Assembly (NCBI GenBank): GCA_951406725.2
Contig: OX597827.1
Coordinates: 15,314,001 to 15,378,000, forward strand
Length of the DNA: 64,000 bases
Direction of reading: 5' to 3'
Source of the DNA: Octopus vulgaris
Lineage: Eukaryota
The notes under the pieces are model-generated. The model was given only the letters and a program-made list of their open reading frames with translations. It was not told the DNA's origin and did no database searches. How positions within the stretch are numbered: position 1 is the first letter of the stretch; each line of letters begins with the position of its first letter. Below are positions 36,873 to 49,102 of this stretch, piece by piece. A program made the translations under genes and the position numbers.

Positions 36873-39759
36873 TGATTTACACAAACAAGCAATACCTAGT
36901 TATTTTATTAGCAGTATCATCGTAGAATAGTGAAATCCATTTAAAACATGCCGTTAGATTTCACATTTTATTTTTATTTTGTGATGCATTCTTTAGTAAC
37001 GTCCCTTGCTTTAGGTTTTAAGTTCAAATCTTGCCGAGGTCAACTTTACATTTTCATCCTTCTGGAGCTCGATATAAAACCAATGCCTATTAAGTGTTTG
37101 TAGTCAATCTAGTCGGTTGTACCTTTCATTACTTCCTCTCGAAGCTGTGGCCTTCTACCCGTATTTGAAATTATTCAGTTTCAAAAAAAATATTTCATCG
37201 GTTATCTCTGACCTGAGAAATTATTCCACTACATCTGTTGAAAGTCAGATGTTGGCCTGTTCTGAATAGGGCCTTCTGTGTGTTGAAGGAGGGGGATTTA
37301 CCTGTTACCCCCTACCCCTTGTCTTTTGTTGATGTTTTTTTAAAAATATTTTTCAGTTTCTTTTCTTTTTTCTTTACCTACCTTGTACAATAATCCCTAT
37401 TCGCGCCTAAGATCTTTATTGTACATCTTTCGTCCATTGTCCCGACGTTAATTCCTATAATCCTTTCTCCTATAGACACAAGTCCTGGAATTTGGTGGGA
37501 GGGGATTGAGCAATCTTAGTGCTCAACTGTTACTTATTTTTATCGACCCCGAAAGGATGAAAGGCAAAGTCGATCTCGGCGGAATTTGAACTCAGAACGC
37601 AAAGACGGACAAAATACTGCTGCCCACCGTGCTACGATTCTACCAGTTCGCCACCTTGTTAACCCTTATAATCGCCGTTTCTTAGGAGAGGGGTTGCCAA
37701 CTAACTGGTAGGACCAGGATGGGTGCTTAATGCCTTCACATATCATTTTGATATAACCATTCTTTTAGCTGTGCACACTAGTAACCGCTGAGGTGAAGAT
37801 AGGGTAGGTAAACTAGTATGCAAGTTTTTCAATTTAAAGCAAATAATAAGATTCCTTCTTATTTTGGCACAAGGCCAGCAATTTTAAGGGGTGGGGAAAT
37901 CGATTACATCGATTTCACTGCTTAACTGGGATGTATTTTATCCATCCCGAAAGGATGAAAGGCAAAGTAAACCTCGGCGGAATTTGAACTCAGAACGTAA
38001 AGACGGACAAAATGCCGCTAAGCATTTTTCCCGGCGTGCTAACGATTCTGCCAGCTCACCGCCTTGCCACAAGGGCAATCATTTTTGGGGGTGGGGATGG
38101 GACGAGTCGATTACATCGGCCCAGTGTTGGAAGGATGAAAGGCAAAGTCGATCTCGGTGGAATATGAACTCAGAACGTAGCAACTGACGAAATACCACTA
38201 AGCATTTTGCCTGGCGTGCTAACGATTCTGCCAGCTCGCCGCCTTAATAATAATAATAATCCTTTCTACTGTAGGTGGGGACTAGCCAATTACATCGACC
38301 CTAGTGTTTCACTGGTACTTAATTTATCGACCCTGAAAGGATGAAAGGCAAAGTTAAACCTCGGCGGAATTTGAACTCAGAACGTAAAGACGGATGAAAT
38401 GCCGCTAAACCTTTTTTGCCCAGCGTGCTAACAATTCTGCCAGTTCACTGCCTTAATAATAATAAGGGGTTTCAGATTTCGCCATATTTTAGGGGATGGG
38501 ACGAGTCGATTACATCGACCCCCTGTGTTCAACTGAGACTTATTTTATCGACCCTGAAAGGAAGACAAGTACCTTTCTACTGTAGGCTCAAGGCCTGAAG
38601 TTTGTTGGGAGAGGCATAGTCGATTACATCGACCCCCAGTGCTTGATTGATACTTAATTTATCGACCCCGAAAGGTTGAAAGGTAAAGTCGACCTTGGTG
38701 GAATTTGAACACAGTACATAGCGACAGGCGAAATACTACTAACGATTCTGCCAGCTCGTCGCCTTAATAATTAAGCAAAACAATAAAACCAGAATATTAG
38801 TTGGTTTCTGGGGGGGTTTTTTCAATTTGTGAGTTTTTCTTTCAATTTTAGGATTTAATTTTTTAATTCTTCTTTTTCAAAATGCCATCTGGCTTATTTT
38901 ACGAGATGAGAAACGGAGGTAGAGATGCTATGCTGTTCGCTGTCTTCATATCTCATTATAGAATTATACCTTTTGCTAAAAGAAAAGGGTAGTTTGTTTT
39001 TTGGGGCTTTTTTCCTAATATTTTAGTATTCCTACCTTTCATACAACAAGAAATGGCAATCTTTCAGAGAAAGTATATCAAATCTGAAAGTATTCGGCAA
39101 TTTCCGTAAAAAAAAAAACCCAACTTTTATTTCCTTAATTATTTGTTTTCTGCTGAATCGCTTACGTTTAAATGTATTTTTGTGTATGTATGTGTTTATG
39201 TAAATGTTTGTATATTTGTATGTGTTTGCACATAAACACATATAATCTTTTACTTGTTTCAGTCATTTGACTGCGGCCATGCTGGAGCACCGCCTTTAAT
39301 CGAGCAATTCGACCCCGGGACTTATTCTTTTGTAAGCCCAGTACTTATTCTATCGGTCTCTTTTGCCGAACCGCTAAATAACGGGGACATAAACACACCA
39401 GCATCGGTTGTCACACACAACACACACACACACACACATACATACATACATACATACATACATATGAGGAGCATCTTTCAGATTCCGTCTACCAAATCCA
39501 CTCACAAGGCTTTGGTCGGCCGAAGGCCATAGTAGAAGACACTTGCCCAAGGTGCCACGCAGTGGGACTGAACCCGGAACCATGTGGCTGGTAAACAAGC
39601 TACTTACCACACATAAACTCCTGCATATATACAAAAATTTTCATAAACATAAGAAATTAAGCTGATAGAATATTAAAAGGAAAAAATAGAAATTGTCGAA
39701 ACAAATACTTTCAGTTTTGATTTACTCCGAAGGATCGCCCAAGAAGTTATGATTCTATA

Positions 39760-40068
39760 ACTGATACACTGTCAGTTGTGACAACGAGGGTAACAGTTGA
39801 TCCGATCAACGGAACAGCCTGCTCGTGAAATTAACGTGCAAGTGGCTGAGCACTCCACAGAGACCCGTGCCCTTAACGTAGTTCTTAGGGATATTCAGCA
39901 TGACACAGTATGTGGCAAAGCCGGTCCTTTGAATTATATGTACAACTCATTTTTGCCTGCTGAATGGACTGGAGCAACGTGTCTTGCTTAAGGACACAAT
40001 GCTGCGCCGCTGGGAATCGAACTCACGACTTTACGCTCGTGAGTCGATTACCCTAACCACTGAGCCCA
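39760..40068 (-). mobile_element. tRNA-derived SINE with a distinct central domain
   Basis: Minus strand head gggctcagtggttagggt...gtgagttcgattcccag followed by tgtgtccttaagcaagacac. Confidence 0.65.
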
Positions 40069-40604
40069 CTTTTTTATTTTCTTCTTTTCCTATAAGATAT
40101 GGGACTTGGAAGGACAGCTTATTTTTAAAACGCCACCAAATTAAATATGCATTCATTTTTAGTCATACATATACCCGATAGAATAAGTACTGGGCTTACA
40201 AAAGAATAAGTCCCGGGGTCGAGTTGCTCGATTAAAGGCGGTGCTCCAGCATGGTCGCAGTCAAATGACTGAAACAAGTAAAAGAGAAAAGAGAATACCC
40301 AAACACGCGCAAATATGTGTGTATGTAAATTAAAATGGCAAGGGAATAAGAATTCGTCATAAACGTCAATAGCTTACTGATGTTTTCTGCTATAAGGTGC
40401 AATGCAGTTGAGTGCTTACGAATTACTTCGTCAGAGCTTTAAAAACGAAGTGCAACTTTGAGTGATAACTTCTTATTCCTTTGTCATTTTAATTTCTTAT
40501 TACTGCTCTGCACTCGACTGGCATTTTGTTCTAAAGCATATGTGTGTTGAATTTCTAACACCAGGTTATGAGTATCGCTATGCCTAAGCGAAAGAACAAT
40601 AATA

Positions 40605-41030
40605 ATTCATTCGGATCTTTTATTGGCCACAAGGGCCTAATATAAATAAACATAAAGGACATACAATTATATTAAATGACAAAAACCGGACGATACAATG
40701 GGTTTTGACGTTCGTGTACACAGTAATTAAGAGTAAAAATTAAACAGGTAAAACTCCCAATAGGGGAGGTGCTTTAAAGGTTACTCGGGTGCGTGTCGGC
40801 GGGGAGCACACTTGTATAGGTATGCCACATATGAGAGAAGTGCACGACTATTATCGATGCTCGAGATAACCATGATGATGGTTCGATCGGTGGTCTCGAT
40901 GTTGACACGAGATCCACTCGTCCTAAACGACAATGCTTCATACTAGTCAATGGATCAGTGGCTACAGGAATACGAATCTCGTAATATTCCTTGGCACTGA
41001 GCAGTGCAGCGCCCCTGCGCTTTATTTGAT
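40605..41030 (-). mobile_element. L1/Tx1-like LINE 3' fragment
   Basis: Ends gcccttgtggccaataaaaga on the minus strand, identical to the tail at 32865-32885. Confidence 0.55.
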
Positions 41031-41038
41031 GTATCTTG

Positions 41039-41442
41039 GGATCTTTTCGGTTTGAAAGGCAGTTTTTAAAAATAATTTCCACCTAACTAAACACTTTTAA
41101 ACTTCGTATACTGGTAGAATGGGTTTATAAAACATCTTTTTCTCTTGGCTTTATTGAGAAAATTCTATATTTTGTAAGATTTTTGTTGTTGTTTTTTTCT
41201 TCACTTTCTGCAATTTCAACCAATAAGTGACGTCTATTGAGGTGAAAACATTCTGTGCCGTATGAATATGTCCCTCGTTTAAGAAACAGATTGGGTTTAT
41301 TTACATTTATGAAGAAAAAATATACCCTTCCCACCACCCCTAACCCTAAAACAGATTGAAATGCAATAGATCGATACCAGGGTCATAATTATGGGTGACA
41401 ATTTCATATGACACCGCTAGAATTTTTTTACCGAAAAGATCC
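41039..41442 (-). mobile_element. Merlin-like MITE
   Basis: GGATCTTTTCGG termini; perfect 8-bp TSD GTATCTTG. Confidence 0.82.
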
Positions 41443-43559
41443 GTATCTTGTCCTCCTTTTAAATTGATGTACCTAAAATAGGTGAAGGTAAAGAATACGC
41501 ACACCCGATGTTAACAGTCAGGGTTTTTTGTTGCATCGAAAACGAGTGGTGTGCGTATTCTTTACCTCCGCCTTCTAAAACATTCGAATGTTATAATTAC
41601 AATATTGTATCTGTAAAACGTTCTTTATATATTTTCTTGTGTCTAGGGAGAGTCGCTACGCATAGACAAAAGCGAAATTATTTATATACCACTTTATAAT
41701 GGTATATAAACTAAGTCTTAAGTGAACCAAACGAGATAGGTGCTTGCTGTACTTGTTCTGTATACTTTGAATTATACAGACTTGAGCAAAGTGTATATAA
41801 CGGTTTATATATATATGTATGTGTGCGTGTGTTCTTAAACAGCTATCCTCCTTATTTCACATAATTGTTTGAACTCACAATCAAGTTAATTAGTCAAACA
41901 AATACTATTCTGAATTTTTATTTTATAATTTCCATTGGATATGCGGGGTTCAGCTAAATTCTATGCACATTTCAATTGCAAAATATAAAATTAATTTATG
42001 ATTTTCTTAATTTTTTTTTAATTAACTTCTTTAGTGCGTAGTTAATTAAACCACTTTGTCTTAATATTATTGTTTGTATATGTTTTTAGCTAAGCTCATT
42101 TTCATGTTTATTATCCCAAATATTTCATCGAATATTTTTTCTAGTATTCTTTTATAATTAATTAATCCTCATAAAGTTAAATTGCCACTGATTTTTACGT
42201 AGTAGAAACTAATTAAAGCGTTATATTATGCATTGATATAGATTTAAACAAAATGAAGCCGTGACCAAATCACGGAACACTGAAAGAACTTTGGTGTATA
42301 AGTTGTTTAGCCCAGAGTCAATCACGATCGAGCAATAATCAAAAGCTGTCTAGGCATGGCCATCCTGTCTTTTGGAAGCATATGTCGGACTACCTTCCCA
42401 GATGTGTCCATTATCTAAGAGTGCTGCTGCTTCTTCGAGTTAACTTGGCGACAGGCACCAGTTGTGGCGACAGGCACCAGTTGTTTACGCTACTACTATC
42501 CTGATATTGGTCTTTATATAGCCGAGGTCGACTTTGCCTTTCATCCTCTCGGGGTCAATAAATAAAGTACCAGTTTCGCACTGGATCGATGTAATCGACT
42601 CAATCCCTTTGTCTGTCCTTGTTTGTCCCCTCTATGTTTAGCCCCTTGTGGGCAATAAAGAAACAGATATTGGTCTTTATATAGCTGAGGTCGACTTTGC
42701 CTTTCATCCTCTCGGGGTCAATAAATAAAGTACCAGTTTCGCACTGGGTCGATGTAATCGACTCAATCCCTTTGTCTGTCCTTGTTTGTCCCCTCTATGT
42801 TTAGCCCCTTGTGGGCAATAAAGAAACAGATATTGGTCTTTATATAGCTGAGGTCGACTTTGCCTTTCATCCTCTCGGGGTCAATAAATAAAGTACCAGT
42901 TTCGCACTGGATCGATGTAATCGACTCAATCCCTTTGTCTGTCCTTGTTTGTCCCCTCTATGTTTAGCCCCTTGTGTATAGTAAAGAAATATATATACAA
43001 TTATTAGGTTTTGAGTTTTAAAATATATCATTTGTATGTTGATCTCGCGGTATAAATAGATATATTTTTGACCCGTGTTTACTGTTTTATTGTGCTGCTA
43101 GTCGTTATAATTCTCCCCTAATTAATGTCAATGTTGCTAACTGCCTCTAGGTGTTTCTATTTTTTCCTCAACTAAATTGAAATTTTCAATTTACAATTTT
43201 TGTGGCATTCAGTACATCACCGTTTGACTTAATTATTCAAATTCGTGTCATTGGTTCGTTCGAGTTACTTCTTAGCCTCATTTTAATTATATTTTATAAG
43301 ATTTTTTAGCTTAGTCCAAAAGCATGTCTACGTATGAGAACGTGAAGAATCGCTCTCAACCTTATTTTAATATATACTCTTTTACTTGTTTCAGTCATTT
43401 GACTGCGGCCATGCTGGAGCACCGCCTTTAGTCGAGCAAATCGACCCCGGGACTTATTCTATCGGTCTTTTTTGCCGAACCGCTAAGTGACGGGGTCGTA
43501 AACACACCAGCATCGGTTGTCAAGCAATGCTAGGGAGACAAACACACACGCACAAACAT

Positions 43560-43610
<51 letters not shown>

Positions 43611-46600
43611 TACAACAGGCTTCTTTCAGTTTCCGTCTACCAAATCCATTCACAAGGCATTGGTCGGCCCGAGGCTATAGCAGAAGACACTTGCCCAAGA
43701 TGCCACGCAGTGGGACTGAACCCGGAACCATGTGGTTGGTAAGCAAGCTACTTACCACACAGCCACTCCTGCGCCTATGCAAGTTTGTCATTAAGTCATT
43801 CCAGAAGAAGAAAAAAAAAACGCATTCACAATTTAACGAAAAGAACTGTTTTCCTTATAACTTAGAATTATTTATTCAATGTAAACACGTTTTAATTTGA
43901 AAAAAAAATGCTTACAATATAACTTTCCATACGCAGATGGAGATTTATTCAGTTAAAATATAAGCAGAAAAAAGTTGAGTATTATTTATACAGGCAGCTG
44001 AATCTTTACTGTTGTCGGTAAAAGGATTTCTAACAAAATGTTAAAACCTGCTTTCATGCATGCCAAAGGTCAGAGAGTGACAAAATTCGAGATTTCAGTT
44101 CTGCCATTTTAGTCAAACTTTTAACTATAGCAGGACCAAATAAAATGTTGGGGTAGAAGATATTGTATTTCCTAACGTTTGTACTATCATTGAGTGCAAG
44201 TTTTGTATATGGTAACACAGACATAGCCATGTAGTTAAAAAGTTCACTTTGCAGCCACATGATTTCGGGTTTGATCCATCTGTAAGATGCTTTGGACAAA
44301 TATTTTTTTTTTTTTTTACTTGTTTCAGTCATTTGACTGCGGCCATGCTGGAGCACCGCCTTTAGTCGAGCAGATCGACCCCGGGACTTGTTCTTTGTAA
44401 GCCCAGTACTTATTCTATCGGTCTCTTTTGCCGAACCGCTAAGTGACGGGGGACATAAACACACCAGCATCGGTTGTCAAGCAATGCTAGGGAAACAAAC
44501 ATAGACACACAAACATATACACACACATATATACGACAGGCTTCTTTCAGTTTCCATCTACCAAATCTACTCACAAGGCATTGGTCGGCCCGGGGCTATA
44601 GCAGAAGACACTTGCCCAAGATGCCACGCAGTGGGACTGAACCCGGAACCATGTGGTTGGTAAGCACGCTACTTACCACACAGCCACTTTCTACCATTAC
44701 TTTAGGCCAGTCATGAGCAAACAGCAATCCACAGGACTTTCTGAATGGCACACTGTCAAAAGATTACCTTGAATTACTTTTAGTAAGGTAGTTTATTACC
44801 TGATAATAAGTCATGTCTTATGCACCCAACGACTCAAAAATTTTTTTAAAAACAAAAGTTCTTATTTCTTTACTGCCCACAAGGGGCTAAACACAGAGGG
44901 GACGAACAAGGACAGACAAAGGGATTAAGTCGATTACAGCGACCCCAGTGCATAACTGGTACTTAATTTATCGACCCCCAAAGGATGAAAGGCAAAGTCG
45001 ACCTCGGCGGAATTTGAACTCAGAACATAACGGCAGACGAAATACCGCTAAGCATTTCGCCCGGCGTGCTAACGTTTCTGCCAGCTCGCCGCCACAAAAG
45101 TTCTGTCATTGAAAACCCTCAACATTTGACATTCACTGAAGTTTTACAAAGCTCAGGCGAAATTCTTAATACAGTATTGTTCCCATGTTTGGGACAACTG
45201 TGTTGTGCCCATATCACCATGGAGTATATCTAGAGTAAGGCCTCTTGATCGATTGGCATAAAGTCACTCACAGACATTCTCCAGTCTCTGATCCACATGC
45301 CTATCGTTTCCTCTCCTTTTGTACTCCTATTACAATGGCCTCTGCTTCTCGGATCTAAATGTTCTCTTGTACCACCTCTATTCAAGCATTCCTGACTTAT
45401 TCATTTCACTTCCTTTTTATCACCCAAGTTGTTTCCACCCCCTAGGCCCCATACTAATCCTTTCTTGTGTCAACCTGTAACAGTTTCAGTGGAATGTTAA
45501 TGGCATCAACCTCACCTGTCTCAGAGCACCTGCAAAGGTCAAGGACACTGTACTTTTCTCTAGATCCAGCAAGTAAGAGATGGAAAGTGGAGGCACATGG
45601 CCTAGTGGTTAGAGCAGCGGACTTGCGGTCGAGGGATCGCGGGTTCGAATCTCAGACCAGGCGATGTGTGTGTTTATGAGCGAAAACACCTAAGCTCCAC
45701 GCAGCTCTGGCAGAAGGTAATGGCGAACCTCTGCTAACTCTTTTGCCACTAAATTTCTCTCACTCTTTCCTCCTGCATCTTGCAGCTCACCTGTGACGGA
45801 CCGGCGTCCTGTCCAGGTGGGGAACCTATACGCCAAGAAACCGGGAAACCGGCCCTTATGGCTCGAGAAGGAACAAACAAGAGATGGAAACTACCTGGAA
45901 GCAAGACACCTGTTCTTTAGTAGTAAACTTAATCTATCACTCATTTTAACACTGCTTGTGTACCTTTTGCAGAGTTTATTCCTTTACAGATGTTTACCAG
46001 ACATTCTAAAGCACTTTGTAATAATGCAATGCAGGATCAGATCAGATCAGATAAATAAAAAAAAAATGGTTCGAAAATCTTGATAAAATTCTTCTTCCTC
46101 TAAAATGCATGTTTTATTTGTGCAAATGTGATTTGTTCATATTTCAAAAACTTAGGATCAAACAAAGCTGTTACTAATCAGCTGTTAACATAGTATAATT
46201 GATCTGATTAATGATACAAAATATGTCAGTTTCTATACTAGAGAATATTCTTGCAACTCATCTTCAATCAGCAATAATTTTATCTTTTATCTTCTGCTTG
46301 TTTCAGTCATTGGACTGCAGTCATACTGGAGCATGATCCCCCAGTACTTTTTTTTAAAAATTTATCTGTCTATTTTACCAAACTGTTAAGTTACAGGGTC
46401 AGAAACAAACTTGTAACATACAGTGGTGGGGATAAACACAAACACACACATTCACACACACACACATGTGCAATGAGATTTTTGGTTTTTTTTTTCAGTT
46501 TCTGTATACCAAATCCACTCACACAGCTTTGGTCAGCACAGAACTATCGTAGAAGACACCCAATGTTCAACATTGTGGGACTGAACCCTAGACAACATGG

Positions 46601-46641
46601 TTAGGGAGAAAACTTCTGTGCCTAGAGAAGTTTTAGTTTAA

Positions 46642-46861
46642 CCCTTTAGTGTTCAGATTATTCTGACAAATGTGATGTTTGTTTATTTAAAATGGTTTGA
46701 ATTAATCATGCATTATCTTGTAGTTTAGAGATTTCGGTGATGTGATTTTTTAGTTTTAGAATGAGATGGTAGGGCTGAGGTGAGCGGCGAGATCTGGCCA
46801 GTTTCAATATAAAACAGGTTAAATATTTTGGCCAGATATGGCTGGTTTGAATGCTATAGGG
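46642..46861. mobile_element. piggyBac-like MITE
   Basis: TTAA|CCCTTTAG ... CTATAGGG|TTAA. Confidence 0.7.
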
Positions 46862-47002
46862 TTAATGCACCAAAGTTTAAAATGCAAAACATCTTGGTTT
46901 TCATTGTTGTACTTTTAAAGATTTTCAAAATAACTTTAAGGACCAGAAGCAGAAATCAAAATCAGAATCGTTAATATGACTTGAGATTTTGAGATTATTT
47001 AA

Positions 47003-47207
47003 CCCTTTAGTGTTCAGATTACTTTGTCAAATGTAAAGCTTATTTATTCACACTGTTTTGAATTAGTTAACTTGTAGCTTTGAGATTTCACTGATGTGAT
47101 TAATTTTAGGACATTGGTGGGTTGGTGTAAGATGCTGGATGTAGCTAGTTTGATCATAAAACAGGTAGATATTTGGGTCAGATGTAGCCAGATTAAATGC
47201 TAAAAGG
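47003..47207. mobile_element. piggyBac-like MITE, second copy
   Basis: TTAA|CCCTTTAG ... CTAAAAGG|TTAA; body similar to 46642-46861. Confidence 0.65.
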
Positions 47208-47572
47208 TTAAGGTGTATAATAAACTTGTCAATATCAGGAAACGTGTTTGGTTAATAATGTGTTTAGGTTACAGCCCTGTGGGTCATGTTTTCAAAACTT
47301 ACCTCAGTTATATTGTGTTTTTATGCAAGGTCTGTTAGTTTGTTCAAACTTCCTCTCTTTACTCTTTTACTTGTTTCAGTCATTTGACTGCGGCCATGCT
47401 AGAGCACCGCCTTTAATCGAGCAACTCGACCCCGGGACTTATTCTTTTGTAAGCCCAGTACTTATTCTATCGGTCTCTTTTGCCGAACCGCTAAGTAATG
47501 GGGATGTAAACACACCCGCATCAGTTGTCAAGCAATGCTAGGGGGACAAACATACTCACACAAACACACACA

Positions 47573-47610
<38 letters not shown>

Positions 47611-48714
47611 TACGACGGACTTCTTTCAGTTTCCGTCTACCAAATCCACTCACAAGGCTTTGGTCGGCCCGAGGCTATAGCAGAAGACACTTGCCCAAGG
47701 TGCTAGGCAGTGGGACTGAACCCGGAACCATGTGGTTGGTAAACAAGCTACTTACCACACAGCCACTCCTGCGCCTATTTTAACTTCTTATCATTTTCCT
47801 CAATATCCTCCAAAGTTTCCAGTGTGTGAGATGTGGACTCAACACTGGTCAGTTCACTTTTCCTGTTTGTTCCTATTTGTAGCAAGGACAACAGTTTCAC
47901 TAAATCTAATAATACATCTAGCTAAGTCTTCATTAACTTGGACATCCATTTTCTCATACTTACATGGGTCAAATAGGTCTTCTCCATTGTTGTCTGACCA
48001 CTTGTTACTCTCCTTTGTTATTTCCATCATCACGTGATCACCGTGACCGACCAGACCATCAGATGTTGCTACACATCGCTGGTCACAATGAGTTTGCATT
48101 GTTTTTTTAGCCTTCCAATGACGCCACCCCGCTGGCTAAGCGAGCAGGCCAACAGAAGAAAGAGTGAGAGAAAGTTGTGGCAAAAGAGTACAGCAGGGAT
48201 CGCCACCACCCCCCTGCCGGAGCCTCGTGGAGATTTTTAGGTGTTTTCGCTCAATAAACACACACAATGCCCGGTCTGGGAATCGAAACCGCGATCCTAC
48301 GACCGCGAGTCCGCTGCCCTAACCACTGGGCCATTGCGCCTCCACATTTCCATCATAAAGTTACATATTCTAAGATCATCCTTCATCACTTCATCTTACA
48401 TCTTCGTCCTTGTCTTGTCCAGGCACTTCCCACATGGACTGCTTGTCATTTCATCCAAATTGTTCAGCTTTATATGGCAACATGTCTCTAATTCAATGAA
48501 TGCATGTCTTTCACAAAGCCCTTCCAGCATGTTAAATTTTACTTTTGTAATTCAAAAGAGTCTGTCTGGTAGATCCCACTCTTTTTTGCATATGAAACAA
48601 AACAGTTTGGGAAAGAAATTTCTAGTGATCCAATTAGAGATATTTGGCCTTCGTACATCATCTCCAGTGAAAATCTCTTTGGATTGTAAAATGCTATTAG
48701 CTGTTCTTTTATAT

Positions 48715-48744
<30 letters not shown>

Positions 48745-48751
<7 letters not shown>

Positions 48752-49102
48752 AACGGCAAAATGACTGTGTGTGTGTCCTTTATACAAATCCACAATTTTT
48801 CAGTTAGAGGGCTCGCACTTTCTATGGTCATTCAAAACCGTCCAAGGGTGATCGTGCACATCTTTACATTTTCCCAGTCACCCTGCAAAGCTATTGAAAA
48901 AATCAATAGAGGTGGCTGTTTTGTGAATTTTCTATCCAAAACCCAATCAAAATGCCCGAAACTTGATACGCCAATTGAATGCCAGCTAGCTGTATGTCAT
49001 TGGTCAGAGTTTTGGACAGTACTCGCGTGTATGTGCGCACGCACGCAGCTGTATATGCATGCACTAGCACTATGACCCAGCATTGCCGGGTCATAGTGCT
49101 AG
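48745..49102 (+). mobile_element. Non-autonomous Helitron in a (TA)n tract
   Basis: 5' tatataaacggcaaaatgactgtgtgtg; 3' hairpin followed by CTAG|T. Confidence 0.7.

Noticed and set aside
45587-45660. tRNA gene-like sequences (also at 3211, 61126 and 60692)
   Set aside because: They continue into repeat bodies with TSDs and lack a proper acceptor stem and terminator; these are SINE heads
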